Virus record (IMG/VR): IMGVR_UViG_3300024346_000011
From: a virus
Reading direction: 5' to 3' (one strand)
Length of the DNA: 64,000 nt
The first letter of the stretch is position 1. Every line of letters starts with the position of its first letter. A program made the position numbers and the translations under genes. Below the pieces are notes generated by a model. The model was given only the letters and a program-made list of their open reading frames with translations. It ran no database searches and had not been told where the DNA came from. Shown piece by piece: positions 8,993 to 18,835 of the stretch.

Positions 8993-9467
8993 TCTTGATA
9001 GTTTCCTCGGTTAGGATAATAAAATTCCAGCCGCGGCTGGTTGCATATTCCTTAGCGGCATTATATTTATCCATATTTTTAACGTACTGCTCAGCCAAGA
9101 ATTTAAATGAATCGAGTGCTTTTTTAGATTTGGTCTTTGGCATTTCTGGAGGTTGAATCTGCGATTTTGGTTTGATCTCAACCAAGTATTCTTTTTCAGT
9201 TCCATCCTGTTGGAGCTGTTTAAAATAAAAGTCTGGATAATAGTTATGAGCTTTATTATCCTTTCTGTACCAATATTTAATTTCAACAGGTTCACTTGAC
9301 CACTTTAAAACTTTATCATTCTTGTCGCACCAAATCATAAACTTATGCTCCCATGAACTCCTATAGATAATTGGAGTTGGGCCAATATATTTTTCAGGAA
9401 ATTGAGGATTGAAATATCCTTGATTGAATCCTGAGTTTTTGGTTGGTTTGACATTCTTTATTGACAT
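8979..9467 (-). CDS. gp4: Head completion nuclease (gp4-like, TnsA endonuclease fold)
   Basis: PEKYIG..IIYRSSWE..FM.WCD....KWSSE, YYPDF, LVEIKP, FIILTE. Confidence 0.88.
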   Translation of the reverse strand: MSIKNVKPTKNSGFNQGYFNPQFPEKYIGPTPIIYRSSWEHKFMIWCDKNDKVLKWSSEPVEIKYWYRKDNKAHNYYPDFYFKQLQQDGTEKEYLVEIKPKSQIQPPEMPKTKSKKALDSFKFLAEQYVKNMDKYNAAKEYATSRGWNFIILTEETIKNGLR

Positions 9468-9841
9468 TATAAACTATAGATACCGCTATGATCGTCTTCT
9501 CCGCCACCGCCACCGGTGATTGAGATAGTTCCTTTATATTTTACTGGATGAATTTTATTCCAACCTTTAGCATAACCTCGTTTGGCAATTTCAGTAAAGT
9601 ATGCAAATGCATTTGGGTATTTTGGATTAAAGTTTCTCCAATATTTCAAAAGATCTAGAATAGCAAATTGTAAACAATCAAGACGATCATCTTCATTAAC
9701 GTACTTCATTTTATTAATAGCCCTTTCAGCCAAGAGAATAAGCATTTTCTCGGCATTTGAAGTCAGTTTATCCTGATCCAATGATAGGACCATCTCGTCA
9801 TACAGATCCTTATTATTTAAATAATTCTTTTTTCTAGCCAT
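9467..9841 (-). CDS. gp55: Late transcription sigma factor (gp55-like)
   Basis: NYLNNKDLY, LKYWRNFNP..PNAFAYFTEI match gp55-family motifs; short (124 aa). Confidence 0.85.
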   Translation of the reverse strand: MARKKNYLNNKDLYDEMVLSLDQDKLTSNAEKMLILLAERAINKMKYVNEDDRLDCLQFAILDLLKYWRNFNPKYPNAFAYFTEIAKRGYAKGWNKIHPVKYKGTISITGGGGGEDDHSGIYSL

Positions 9842-9860
9842 ATTTTCTAGTTAGTTTAAG

Positions 9861-9889
9861 ATTATACTGAAAAAGTAAAATTTGTTTAA
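9861..9889 (-). promoter_or_regulatory. Putative middle promoter TTAAAC-N17-TATAAT for gp55
   Basis: Same 17-nt spacing as the other copies. Confidence 0.65.
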
Positions 9890-9920
9890 AAACAAAATAA
9901 GGGAACCGAAGTTCCCTTAT
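9888..9920 (-). terminator. Rho-independent terminator with cUUCGg tetraloop
   Basis: ATAAGGGAAC-TTCG-GTTCCCTTAT followed by TTTGTTTTT. Confidence 0.88.
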
Positions 9921-9950
9921 CTCTTAGTCGAATTTGTGTGTAGTTTGGTG

Positions 9951-10031
9951 TTATGCTAAAATAGTAGCAATCTTTTGCTCCCAAACTTTGATCTCTTCAC
10001 TGATTAACGTATCAGCTGCCTTGATCTCTTC
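9951..10031 (-). pseudogene. Stranded, out-of-frame duplicate (probable ancestral 3' end) of gene 10030..11046
   Basis: Translates as EEIKAADTLISEEIKVWEQKIATILA*, matching EEIKAADSLISGEIKMWENKIFNVLNE at 10288..10368. Confidence 0.75.
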
Positions 10032-11046
10032 ATAAACCTTTCTTATTCATATTGAAATATTCCTTAGCAACCTGACCATTTAATTTCATCATATCGTAGT
10101 ATTCTTGAGTTGGTGGTTCTGTGTAATATTTATTATGAATAAAATGGCCAACCTCGTCTTTTAAATAAGAAATTTTACTCTTATCTGTCTCCGTTGAGGC
10201 CATGATATTTTGAATTAAAGATGGTAACACTTTTTCTGTTGGAACAAATGCTGCAAATTCTTTAGCCAAATCTTTAACAATTTTGCTCTCATTTAACACA
10301 TTAAAAATCTTGTTTTCCCACATTTTAATCTCGCCAGAAATTAAAGAATCTGCAGCTTTGATTTCTTCGATTGATTTATCTGCTTCAGCTAATAAACCTC
10401 TCTGATCTTTTAAGAAAGCAATCATATCTTCATATTTCTCGATTAAAGCTGCTTTTTCGGCTAATTCTTTAGCCTCACCCTCCAATAATTCTGCTAAGAA
10501 TTTTGTTGCGTCTTGACCTGTTTGTTCTTTTACTAATTCTAAAGCAGCGTTTGCATTTTCAGCTCTATAGAATTTAGCCATTTTAGTGTTTGCATTATAC
10601 TTAGAAACGTATATGCTTTCGTTTACTTTAAATAAGTCAATTGAAACATTCTTGCTTTCAAAAGAAGCAGCAAAATCTAATACAATAAAATTTTGTAGCA
10701 ATGAAGGAATAGATTCAAAAAGATCAGCTACATTTTTATGACCGTATCTTACTGTACCAGCCGCTAAAACGTGATCTGTGAAAGTATTACCTTCAATTAA
10801 CATGTTATTGTGCATAAATACGCCTTCTGATAAATCATAAACGAATTTAACAGCACCATGATACCATTTAACTGAGTTTGTTGTGAATTCGAAAGATTCA
10901 AACGCTTGAATTGCTTTTCTAAGCGATGGTTCAATAGTTTCTACCTCTTCGATAATTGAACCAGTCATTTCGAAAACTCTGCCGTTAACATAGAATTTTA
11001 CTGACTCTTCTAATTTAATAATTGGAGCTAAAATATTAGTCTTCAT
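10030..11046 (-). CDS. Hypothetical late (probably virion) protein with a replaced C-terminus
   Basis: 338 aa; AATATATA upstream (11073..11080); coiled-coil, then VLNE and an extra ~85-aa segment. Confidence 0.7.
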   Translation of the reverse strand: MKTNILAPIIKLEESVKFYVNGRVFEMTGSIIEEVETIEPSLRKAIQAFESFEFTTNSVKWYHGAVKFVYDLSEGVFMHNNMLIEGNTFTDHVLAAGTVRYGHKNVADLFESIPSLLQNFIVLDFAASFESKNVSIDLFKVNESIYVSKYNANTKMAKFYRAENANAALELVKEQTGQDATKFLAELLEGEAKELAEKAALIEKYEDMIAFLKDQRGLLAEADKSIEEIKAADSLISGEIKMWENKIFNVLNESKIVKDLAKEFAAFVPTEKVLPSLIQNIMASTETDKSKISYLKDEVGHFIHNKYYTEPPTQEYYDMMKLNGQVAKEYFNMNKKGL

Positions 11047-11086
11047 ACTTTTTAAATATTATTTTCTTTTTATATATATTCAATGA

Positions 11087-11878
11087 TTATAAATCATTTT
11101 CATCAATTACATTCTTATCAACTACCTCATTAACTCCAGGCTCTGTTGTTGGAGTAAGATTTGAATTGATTTCAAACATACGATTTCCAATATGTCTTTC
11201 AGTATCCCATTCAAATGATGGAATAAATGATTTGATTTCTAGTGAGAATGCAATCTTATATTTGTCCTTATCTTCAAATGTAAAATCAATTGGTTTTTGA
11301 ACGTCTAAGTCTTCAGGGAATTGATAATATGAAGGTAATCTATATGTGCCCTCGTTTAAGTGACCAACCTCAACTGAATATTGATTTGATTTATACAATT
11401 TTTTAATCATGGACTCAGAGATCTTTAATGCATCCAACATTGAAGTAACTAATACCTCAACCGTTACTGAAACTGTGATTGGAATAGCCTCAAATTCAGC
11501 CGTATAACCTTCCATTGCGCCGTTTGAATTCATCTTAGTGTATTCTCCCATATTGCGCTTATTCACCAAAGAACCTGAATCAATTGAGAATGAATCAAGA
11601 TTTACCACCCCTCTTGGAACTACATCGTAATTACCATCTGCATAAGCCTTATCTGGGTGACAATCTGGGCCGCTAGCTGTTGAGAATAAAAAATTATCTC
11701 TTAGGAATTGGTCATCACCAGTAATTGCATAATAGAATGGAATATCAATTGCCACTCTTTCAGAGTTACTGATTTGACGATAAAAGAACAATTTATTATT
11801 CAAATCTGCCAATAATCCGACAATAATATGTCGAATCACTGAATCATCTGAGTTGTATTTTAAATTATAACTTGCCAT
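11087..11878 (-). CDS. gp15: Tail sheath stabiliser/tail terminator (gp15-like)
   Basis: 263 aa; VIRHIIVGLL..LN, IPFYY, VPRG, PITVSVTVEV pattern resembles gp15/neck family; late promoter upstream. Confidence 0.55.
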   Translation of the reverse strand: MASYNLKYNSDDSVIRHIIVGLLADLNNKLFFYRQISNSERVAIDIPFYYAITGDDQFLRDNFLFSTASGPDCHPDKAYADGNYDVVPRGVVNLDSFSIDSGSLVNKRNMGEYTKMNSNGAMEGYTAEFEAIPITVSVTVEVLVTSMLDALKISESMIKKLYKSNQYSVEVGHLNEGTYRLPSYYQFPEDLDVQKPIDFTFEDKDKYKIAFSLEIKSFIPSFEWDTERHIGNRMFEINSNLTPTTEPGVNEVVDKNVIDENDL

Positions 11879-11882
11879 AGGG

Positions 11883-11890
11883 TATATATC
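11883..11890 (-). promoter_or_regulatory. Putative late promoter GATATATA, 4 nt from ATG
   Basis: GATATATA-CCCT-ATG. Confidence 0.65.
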
Positions 11891-11893
11891 CCA

Positions 11894-13567
11894 TTATTCT
11901 ATTGATTCAATCTCAAACTTAGAGAATCCATTCTCACGATAGATTTGAATCTTCTTGTCAAATAATTCGTGTGGAAGTACTGTGTGATTAATAACAAATG
12001 TGTTGATATTACTCTCTTTAATTACTTGTGAAAGAATCTTAAGAATGTTATGAACACCATCAGCATCAACTGAGCTTAATAATTCATCAAGGAATAATAA
12101 GTTCAATTGAGGAAAACGTAGCTTTAAGATCTTAATGATTGCAATAATAACAATAAAATCAGCCTTCTTACGTTCACCTGTTGAAAGGGTCAATGGATTA
12201 ATCTCTTCTCCTAAATGATTAATGATACAATCAAATTTATCATTGAATCTGATATGGAATGGCAAGTGCATGGTCTGACCCATTGCTGCAACATTAGCGT
12301 TCAATCCAGGAAGGATTGTTTGAATTGCTAAGTTCTTAACACCATCTTCGCCAAGAATCTCCTCAAGTGCTTCTAAGAAGTTATATTCACCTGATATTTT
12401 AGTATTGTCTTGAACCTTTGTTTTTTCTTGCTCTTCAAAGTCCTTAATGATTTGCGTTAAATGGTCAAAATCATTACCATTATTTAGGTTATCATTAATC
12501 TTAATCAATTCTTGTTTCAGAGATGTGATTGTAGTATTCATTGAAGAAACTCGATCTCGAACGGTGCGATCTTTTTCTCGCATTTCCCTGATCCTAGTTT
12601 GAATAGCGTCAATATCAACAGAAGCTTCTTTAATCTTATCAGGTATTGATTGGATTTTAGCTTCTAATTCTTTTTTACGCTCTTGATGGAAATCACCAGT
12701 CAATGGAGATTCACAAGTTGGGCATGCATTACTTTCGTATAGGGCTACTTTTTTACGCAAAGATTCCAATTCAAATTCAAGTTGAGATTTGTCATGCTGC
12801 TTTGTTCCAAGATCTTCGTTAAATGTTCCTAAACTTGCAGTGATCTTTTCTTGCGCTTCAGATAGTTTCTTTTTATCCTCAGCTAAACTTGTTAAACGAT
12901 CTTTTAATTCCTGAATTTGAGCCTTATTCTTTTCGTTTGATTCAGCCTTTAGTTGATTCAACTTCATATTAACTGAAACAATATTCTCATTAATTTGTTT
13001 CAGCTCGCGATCATACACATCCAAATCAATCTTAAGATTCTTACGCGCCTCTTTTACAGAGCGTTGCATATCATTCAAGATTGAGAATCCAAACATTCTA
13101 TCAATGATTTGTTTTTTATCAGAATTTGTCATTGTTAAGAATGATTTAAAATCATTAACACTTAAGATGATAATGTTTTTAAATACATGGTATGGAATAC
13201 CAAAGATCTCTTCTTCTAAATATTCTTGAACTGAGCGTTTACCTGCTTTATCAAATTCTACGCCATTTAAACGAACTTCAAATTTAGATGGAGCCAGACC
13301 ACGCTCAATTTCAACCTCAGTATTTTTACACTTTAAATTAATCTTAACCCAAAGTTCTTTATTAATACGGTTTGGTAGGTCAGTTAATTTAACACCTTCA
13401 ATTTTACCGTATAACGCAAATACAATTGCATTGGCAATAGTGGTCTTACCATGACCATTCTTACCAAGTGTTAGGAATAATTCAGAAGCACCTTCAGTAA
13501 ATTCAAGACGCTGAACCTGATTTCCATAACTTGCAAAATTCTTAAACTCTACTGACTTAATCTCCAT
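11894..13567 (-). CDS. gp46: Recombination endonuclease ATPase subunit (gp46/SbcC/Rad50-like)
   Basis: FKNFASYGN, GKNGHGKTT, CPTC zinc hook, LSTGE signature, LFLDE, INH. Confidence 0.95.
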   Translation of the reverse strand: MEIKSVEFKNFASYGNQVQRLEFTEGASELFLTLGKNGHGKTTIANAIVFALYGKIEGVKLTDLPNRINKELWVKINLKCKNTEVEIERGLAPSKFEVRLNGVEFDKAGKRSVQEYLEEEIFGIPYHVFKNIIILSVNDFKSFLTMTNSDKKQIIDRMFGFSILNDMQRSVKEARKNLKIDLDVYDRELKQINENIVSVNMKLNQLKAESNEKNKAQIQELKDRLTSLAEDKKKLSEAQEKITASLGTFNEDLGTKQHDKSQLEFELESLRKKVALYESNACPTCESPLTGDFHQERKKELEAKIQSIPDKIKEASVDIDAIQTRIREMREKDRTVRDRVSSMNTTITSLKQELIKINDNLNNGNDFDHLTQIIKDFEEQEKTKVQDNTKISGEYNFLEALEEILGEDGVKNLAIQTILPGLNANVAAMGQTMHLPFHIRFNDKFDCIINHLGEEINPLTLSTGERKKADFIVIIAIIKILKLRFPQLNLLFLDELLSSVDADGVHNILKILSQVIKESNINTFVINHTVLPHELFDKKIQIYRENGFSKFEIESIE

Positions 13568-14679
13568 TAATCGTTATCGTAATTATATGCACATTGATCG
13601 TGCAAGTTCTTTATTTTACTCTTAATAAGTGCCTTAGTTTCATCGTCTTTTTGCATACCATCAATATACATATTACATAGATGGAGAATGTTATAATTTT
13701 TATACAGATCCTCAATCTCATCCATGTCATATAGATCCTTATCTACAAAGGTTTCCTGCTCATAGATATTTGGTTCAATTTTACGACCAATTTCTTGTAT
13801 AGTATTAATAAATTTACTTAATGCATTTGAAGCTGCAATATGAGATGGAACATATAGATCTACAAAGTTATTACGAATCTCATTTTTAAATTCACCTAGA
13901 GGTACATTATAGAGACTTGTAAGATAGGTCTTAATAAACTTAGGTGATATTGTATTTTCAAAGAAAGTTTCCTGCATGGTCTCTAAATCAACCAGGTCAA
14001 ATCCTTTGGAATTGTTCATATCACTTCTTGTCAATTGATATGGAACTCCAACCATTCTCAATTTGCCACGTTGTTGGCGATAGTGAATGTGACCTGAATA
14101 AACTGATATAAACTTATCATACGAGTTTGCTTCAACACCATGCTCGTTAGTTACTTTAGCATTCAATTTAATTCCACGAACTTCAGAGTGACAAAATACA
14201 ATGTTTGCTTTTGGGTATTCTGCAAGTGTTTCAACTTCATGCTCTGCATCTTTTCTCCACGGCATTAAGAGAACATTCTTACCAGACCAATTGTATTGTG
14301 CGCATTCTTTATAAATTTGCACGTTTGGAATCCATTTAAGAGAATCAATTGAAGTAATTTCATTACTCTTTTTTGCCCAAATATCGTGATTACCTGCGAT
14401 CACATGGACTGGTAGGATTTGACCAAGTCTTTCAAAAAGATCTACAGCATAGTGTAAAACTTTAAGGTTGATTGATTGTCTATTATCAAAAGAATCTCCA
14501 ACCTGAACTAGCACATCACCTTCTTGGACGTGCTCTTTCAAGGTTGGAATAAACTGATTCTCATAAAAATCTTTTTGGATTTCAAGCCATTCCATTGAGT
14601 TAGCTCTAATGCCTAAGTGCATATCACCTAGAATCCAAATTCGTTTTACCGGTTTGGCTAGTGTTTTTGCATCAATCAT
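13567..14679 (-). CDS. gp47: Recombination endonuclease nuclease subunit (gp47/SbcD/Mre11-like)
   Basis: GDMHLG, VGDSFD, AGNHD, SGHIH metallophosphoesterase motifs. Confidence 0.93.
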   Translation of the reverse strand: MIDAKTLAKPVKRIWILGDMHLGIRANSMEWLEIQKDFYENQFIPTLKEHVQEGDVLVQVGDSFDNRQSINLKVLHYAVDLFERLGQILPVHVIAGNHDIWAKKSNEITSIDSLKWIPNVQIYKECAQYNWSGKNVLLMPWRKDAEHEVETLAEYPKANIVFCHSEVRGIKLNAKVTNEHGVEANSYDKFISVYSGHIHYRQQRGKLRMVGVPYQLTRSDMNNSKGFDLVDLETMQETFFENTISPKFIKTYLTSLYNVPLGEFKNEIRNNFVDLYVPSHIAASNALSKFINTIQEIGRKIEPNIYEQETFVDKDLYDMDEIEDLYKNYNILHLCNMYIDGMQKDDETKALIKSKIKNLHDQCAYNYDND

Positions 14680-14681
14680 AA

Positions 14682-15125
14682 TTAAAACAATCTGTTAATA
14701 TTCTTACGCTTCAGTATTCCTGTTCTTTGATCTAATTCTTCAATTAGTTCTTCTTTAAATTTATTACCGAGTGACTGATAAAATTTAGTTGGATTAATGT
14801 TAAAGTAATCGCACAATTCTGAAAATATATCAACTATAGAATGTTTTTGGCGCATTTCATCGCTAATGTATTCATACACTTGATTAATGTCAAGTTTTTT
14901 TAACTTATCTACTTGCTGAAATTCATCAATTTCATTAAACTTTTTGAATCTAGACTTTTGAATTAATTCATGGATCTGAGCTGCAATTAATTTAGCTTCA
15001 ATCTTATCTTCTTCATCGCGATCGTCAATCGCAGTTGGAGAAATATTGAAACTCATACCAGCATCAAACTCATACTCTGTTTCTTCAAAAGTATTATCAA
15101 ATATTTTATCTCTTTTTGTTCTCAT
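14682..15125 (-). CDS. Hypothetical protein
   Basis: 147-aa ORF translationally coupled to the helicase gene. Confidence 0.7.
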   Translation of the reverse strand: MRTKRDKIFDNTFEETEYEFDAGMSFNISPTAIDDRDEEDKIEAKLIAAQIHELIQKSRFKKFNEIDEFQQVDKLKKLDINQVYEYISDEMRQKHSIVDIFSELCDYFNINPTKFYQSLGNKFKEELIEELDQRTGILKRKNINRLF

Positions 15126-16438
15126 TATAAAGCATGTATGTTAGAGTTGGTAACTTCATCGGTTTCTGTAAGGCGCATATAATCATAATTAATCATCAGT
15201 TTACATTTTGTGCCCTTACCTTCTCCATCTCTAATTTTTAAAATCTTCAACCAGTACTCGTTACTAGCGTGCATCAATTGGTCTTGAATAATACCTAACA
15301 TCATATCTGCTGTGTGGGAAAGACCTGAAGATTCTGCAACGTCACCCATTGTAATATCACTCGAATTGTAATTATTACGATTGATCTGGGTTGCTGTAAC
15401 GATTAACCATTTATTACGTATACCCATAGCTCTAAGATCTTCTGCAATTTGCTTAATCTTCAAATAAGTATTCTCAGAGTTTGGGTTTCTATAATTAGCT
15501 AGGATGTTAATATAGTCAATAACAACACAACCTAATTTAATCTTTCTCTCTTCTTCAATCTGCTTTAAGTAAGCTTCAATGTCATTAACCGTTGCTTGTG
15601 AAGTCGGGAATTGTTTAACAAACAAATTACCAGGAGGGGTAAATCCATCACCAACATTCTCCAATTTACGTTTAATCAATTCAACGTTCTTAGATTTTTC
15701 ATCATATTCATGAATTGGAATTGAGAGCAAGTTTGCACCTAAACGTTTTACAACTTTCTTAGCCGCCATCTCCGCTGAAATGAATGCAGTATTAACTCCC
15801 ATTTTAACAAAGGTTGCCGCATCATTTGCTAAGTAGATTGATTTACCGATGTTTTGTTCACCAACGTAAACAACTAATGAACCATCTTTATCATATCCAC
15901 CATTAAGTACTCGATCTAGAAATTGATAGCCACTGCTTACTTTAGAAGAAGAATCTGGAATGTGATCTGTTGGATTAAAGAAATCTAATCCAATATCTGA
16001 ATTAAATACAATAGAGTTTCTATCGTTAATCAGTGTTTTAACTTTAGATACAATATCATCTACATTCTCTGGGGTAACCTCGGTTGTTTTAACGAACTCG
16101 ATAGTATCCATCAACGTAGAATCAAATGTTCTCCATTTAATCCATGATTCTATTGTAGATTGTAACCATTCCTCATCGTATGTGCTAATGTCAACTCCAT
16201 AAACCAGATCAATAATATCTTCATCGATTTTATGCTTAACCTTAGGGCTATTGCTGAGAGCAATCATTTGCTCTCGGCTTGGAGTTTCCTTAAACTTCTC
16301 ATGAAACTTAACTGCCAAGTATTGCATTGAATCAATATCTTCAGAGGTGTAATATCCTCTCTTGATTGATTGTAAATACTTTGGCTTAAGTAGAGAAAGC
16401 TTAAAGAATATTTTTTCGAATTCTTGTCCGAATTTCAT
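15125..16438 (-). CDS. gp41: Replicative DNA helicase (gp41/DnaB-like)
   Basis: GEQNIGKS, FISAEM, VKQFPT, VIDYINI, IAEDLRAM, TATQINR, AESSGLSHTAD. Confidence 0.93.
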   Translation of the reverse strand: MKFGQEFEKIFFKLSLLKPKYLQSIKRGYYTSEDIDSMQYLAVKFHEKFKETPSREQMIALSNSPKVKHKIDEDIIDLVYGVDISTYDEEWLQSTIESWIKWRTFDSTLMDTIEFVKTTEVTPENVDDIVSKVKTLINDRNSIVFNSDIGLDFFNPTDHIPDSSSKVSSGYQFLDRVLNGGYDKDGSLVVYVGEQNIGKSIYLANDAATFVKMGVNTAFISAEMAAKKVVKRLGANLLSIPIHEYDEKSKNVELIKRKLENVGDGFTPPGNLFVKQFPTSQATVNDIEAYLKQIEEERKIKLGCVVIDYINILANYRNPNSENTYLKIKQIAEDLRAMGIRNKWLIVTATQINRNNYNSSDITMGDVAESSGLSHTADMMLGIIQDQLMHASNEYWLKILKIRDGEGKGTKCKLMINYDYMRLTETDEVTNSNIHAL

Positions 16439-16457
16439 TAGCGTAGTTATTTGTTAT

Positions 16458-16486
16458 ATTATAAAGATAATATAGAGCTTGTTTCA
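16458..16486 (-). promoter_or_regulatory. Putative middle promoter TGAAAC-N17-TATAAT for helicase
   Basis: TGAAAC AAGCTCTATATTATCTT TATAAT. Confidence 0.7.
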
Positions 16487-17059
16487 CTATTGGAGCTCAA
16501 TAAATCCTTGCCCAACTGACCAAGGCTCCTGTGCCCATACATTAATTGCAATGCCGCGGCGGGTACCAGTCAATACTTTGGTAACACCATGTACTACTTC
16601 TCCTGGATTGAAAATAACTAATCGGTTTGGAAGGGCTTTAACCAATTCGGGTTCTTCTTGCTCGCCGCTTGTGTAAATTGCAAGATCTCCACCAGTAAAC
16701 TCAGAACCAATTGGATAATAAACACATCCCATAATTGGAAACATTCTATCACCGGTTTGTTTTCTATAATTTACATCATCATCGAAGTGTAATTCCAAAT
16801 AATCTCTGCGGCCTTCAATTTCAGCACTCTGAATACCTGTCCAGTATTCAAATCCATCTGCCTCAATTAACATTGCCAATGGGAAATTGTCTCCCCAGAT
16901 ATATTGAGCTAATTTCTGGCCAATATTAGAAGCTGGTTTAGTCCACCAACCTTTCCAATATTTGTATTTACCGGTTTCGCCAAATAATTCTTGTTCTGCT
17001 TGAGCAATTTCATTTAAAAGTTGCTCATCTTTAATAAAGTTATCAAATACTGCTATCAT
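16487..17059 (-). CDS. 2OG-Fe(II) oxygenase (prolyl-hydroxylase-like)
   Basis: HxD (LHFDDD), VYY, GGDL, NRLVIF, HGV, distal Arg (TRRGIAIN). Confidence 0.8.
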   Translation of the reverse strand: MIAVFDNFIKDEQLLNEIAQAEQELFGETGKYKYWKGWWTKPASNIGQKLAQYIWGDNFPLAMLIEADGFEYWTGIQSAEIEGRRDYLELHFDDDVNYRKQTGDRMFPIMGCVYYPIGSEFTGGDLAIYTSGEQEEPELVKALPNRLVIFNPGEVVHGVTKVLTGTRRGIAINVWAQEPWSVGQGFIELQ

Positions 17060-17364
17060 ATAAAAGGATTTATTTTAATTTCATAGGTTTCTTTACCTGG
17101 TTCTTCTTTAATTTGTTCAATCAGCCCGAGCTGAATAGCCTTTTTTAATCCTTCCATTGCATTCTCAGTATTTCCTTTTGAGTAATATTTTAACAATGCA
17201 TGTTGTGTGAAAGTTTCTTTTTGGCGATCAGGGCGTCTAATTGCTGCATTAATGAAAATATACAATATGTCAAAGGCATCTGGAAAAGCTTCCAATTGTT
17301 CTTGGATGCCTAATACATATTTAATAGGCAATTTATCCTCGTTAATATTGTGAATATCTACCAT
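17056..17364 (-). CDS. Hypothetical protein, possible winged helix
   Basis: 102 aa coupled to uvsX; C-terminal LKKAIQLGLIEQ...YEI pattern. Confidence 0.6.
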   Translation of the reverse strand: MVDIHNINEDKLPIKYVLGIQEQLEAFPDAFDILYIFINAAIRRPDRQKETFTQHALLKYYSKGNTENAMEGLKKAIQLGLIEQIKEEPGKETYEIKINPFI

Positions 17365-18470
17365 TATTCTACAGTGTCAAAGATTTCTTCGATGTCCATA
17401 TCCTCTGCCTCTGTATTATAATTAAATAGAGGTTGAATCTTCTTATCGATCTTTTCTAAAACTTCACGAGTAAATACTTTCTCAGTAAAGAATTCTGCAT
17501 TGGTTACGGTTTCATCAAGGTGTTTACAGATCCAGTTACGTGCAGATGATTTAGGGATCTTTTCTCCTTTTTCAATAACTCCACGCGTAATTCCAATATC
17601 CTCCCACTCAATGTATTGCTCTAAACCAACGTAAGGATTCATACCTTTAGTGTAATGTAAATGGAATTTGATTGGATTTGGTTTTGCAAAACGATTCTTG
17701 TTTGGCTTTGCGGTTACAACAATACCTGTTTTCTCTGCACCTTCTTTCAATTGAGCCTTATTCAAGAATAGAACAATTGAAGCCGCATATTCAGGACCGG
17801 TACCACCACCAGCAACTTGACGTGCAATAAAATCTTGAGTCATGTAGGTGTGGTTCGTAAAGATGAATGGAATCTTAAGATCTGCCATTGGTGTCATAAT
17901 GATACGGAAGATTGACTTAAGAATCTTTGAACGTGTCATATCACTCTTATCAGATCCAGAAACTGCATCATCAATCTCCTTTTGAGTTGCAAGGTTACCT
18001 GCTGAATCAAGGATAATCATTATCTTTGGTAATTCAGAGCCGGCTCGCTTTGCGTCTTGCATCTTTTTAGTTAACGTTGTGACTGATTGGCGGAAATCTT
18101 GAACTGTATTAACTGGTTGATAGTTTACTTTAGAAACATCAATACCAAATTTAATCATTTGCTCTCGATCTACAGCCGCTTCAGAATCGTAATATACAAC
18201 ATTATAACCCATATTGATTGCTTCACGCACTGAATTAAGGGTCAAGAATGTTTTACCAGTTCCAGATGGACCAGCAATGGAACATGAACGGTTGTTTGGC
18301 CAACCACCAAATAGAGAGCCGCTCAGACACGCATTTAAGTGATAATTACCAGTGTGAATCCACTCAGTAACTTCACTAAAGTTTGATTGCTCCATAACTG
18401 ACCCAAGCGGATTGAGACTTGCCAATTCCGCGTTTAAGTCGTCGAATGTAAATTGTTTACCTTTAGCCAT
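17364..18470 (-). CDS. uvsX: RecA-like recombinase UvsX
   Basis: IHTGNYHLN, AGPSGTGKT, YYDSEAA, IILDSAGNL, FTNHTY, GGGTGPEYAAS. Confidence 0.93.
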   Translation of the reverse strand: MAKGKQFTFDDLNAELASLNPLGSVMEQSNFSEVTEWIHTGNYHLNACLSGSLFGGWPNNRSCSIAGPSGTGKTFLTLNSVREAINMGYNVVYYDSEAAVDREQMIKFGIDVSKVNYQPVNTVQDFRQSVTTLTKKMQDAKRAGSELPKIMIILDSAGNLATQKEIDDAVSGSDKSDMTRSKILKSIFRIIMTPMADLKIPFIFTNHTYMTQDFIARQVAGGGTGPEYAASIVLFLNKAQLKEGAEKTGIVVTAKPNKNRFAKPNPIKFHLHYTKGMNPYVGLEQYIEWEDIGITRGVIEKGEKIPKSSARNWICKHLDETVTNAEFFTEKVFTREVLEKIDKKIQPLFNYNTEAEDMDIEEIFDTVE

Positions 18471-18481
18471 TATTTTCGTTA

Positions 18482-18664
18482 TTATCTTTTTTGTCTTAGT
18501 TTTTCAAGGTTCTCAATCAGTTCATGGGTCTCTTCCTGAATCTCAGCCATTTGAGATTTCAAGATTCTGAGACGAGTATGAATCATTTGATATTCCTTAA
18601 TTTTTTCTCGTTGCTCTTGTGTTAAAGATTCTAAATCTTTTTCTGAAAATGTTTCAAAGTCCAT
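18482..18664 (-). CDS. Small hypothetical coiled-coil protein
   Basis: ORF 18482..18691 with start moved to ATG 18664, just after the stop of the upstream small gene. Confidence 0.6.
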   Translation of the reverse strand: MDFETFSEKDLESLTQEQREKIKEYQMIHTRLRILKSQMAEIQEETHELIENLEKLRQKR

Positions 18665-18665
18665 A

Positions 18666-18833
18666 TTACTTTTCTTTTTTTGTTTCAGCAATTAATTGAT
18701 CCAATGTAATTTGTCTGGGATCAACTTTTACCTCATTGATTTTAGCATTCTTCCAATATAATTGTCTAACTGCTGCACCGAGTTCAATGTCATTTGACGT
18801 GTTCTCTACTAATCTTTTGATTTGCTCTTCCAT
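18666..18833 (-). CDS. Small hypothetical protein (55 aa), not in the ORF track
   Basis: MEEQIKRLVENTSNDIELGAAVRQLYWKNAKINEVKVDPRQITLDQLIAETKKEK*; exactly fills the gap after the polymerase stop. Confidence 0.65.
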   Translation of the reverse strand: MEEQIKRLVENTSNDIELGAAVRQLYWKNAKINEVKVDPRQITLDQLIAETKKEK

Positions 18834-18835
18834 AA

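Noticed and set aside
8979-9467. Tn7 TnsA transposase / mobile element
   Set aside because: Context (next to gp2, portal, gp55) and motifs fit the T4 gp4 head-completion nuclease; no other transposon genes or ends
9951-10368. Diversity-generating retroelement template/variable repeat pair
   Set aside because: Differences between copies are not confined to adenines and no reverse transcriptase is present in the window
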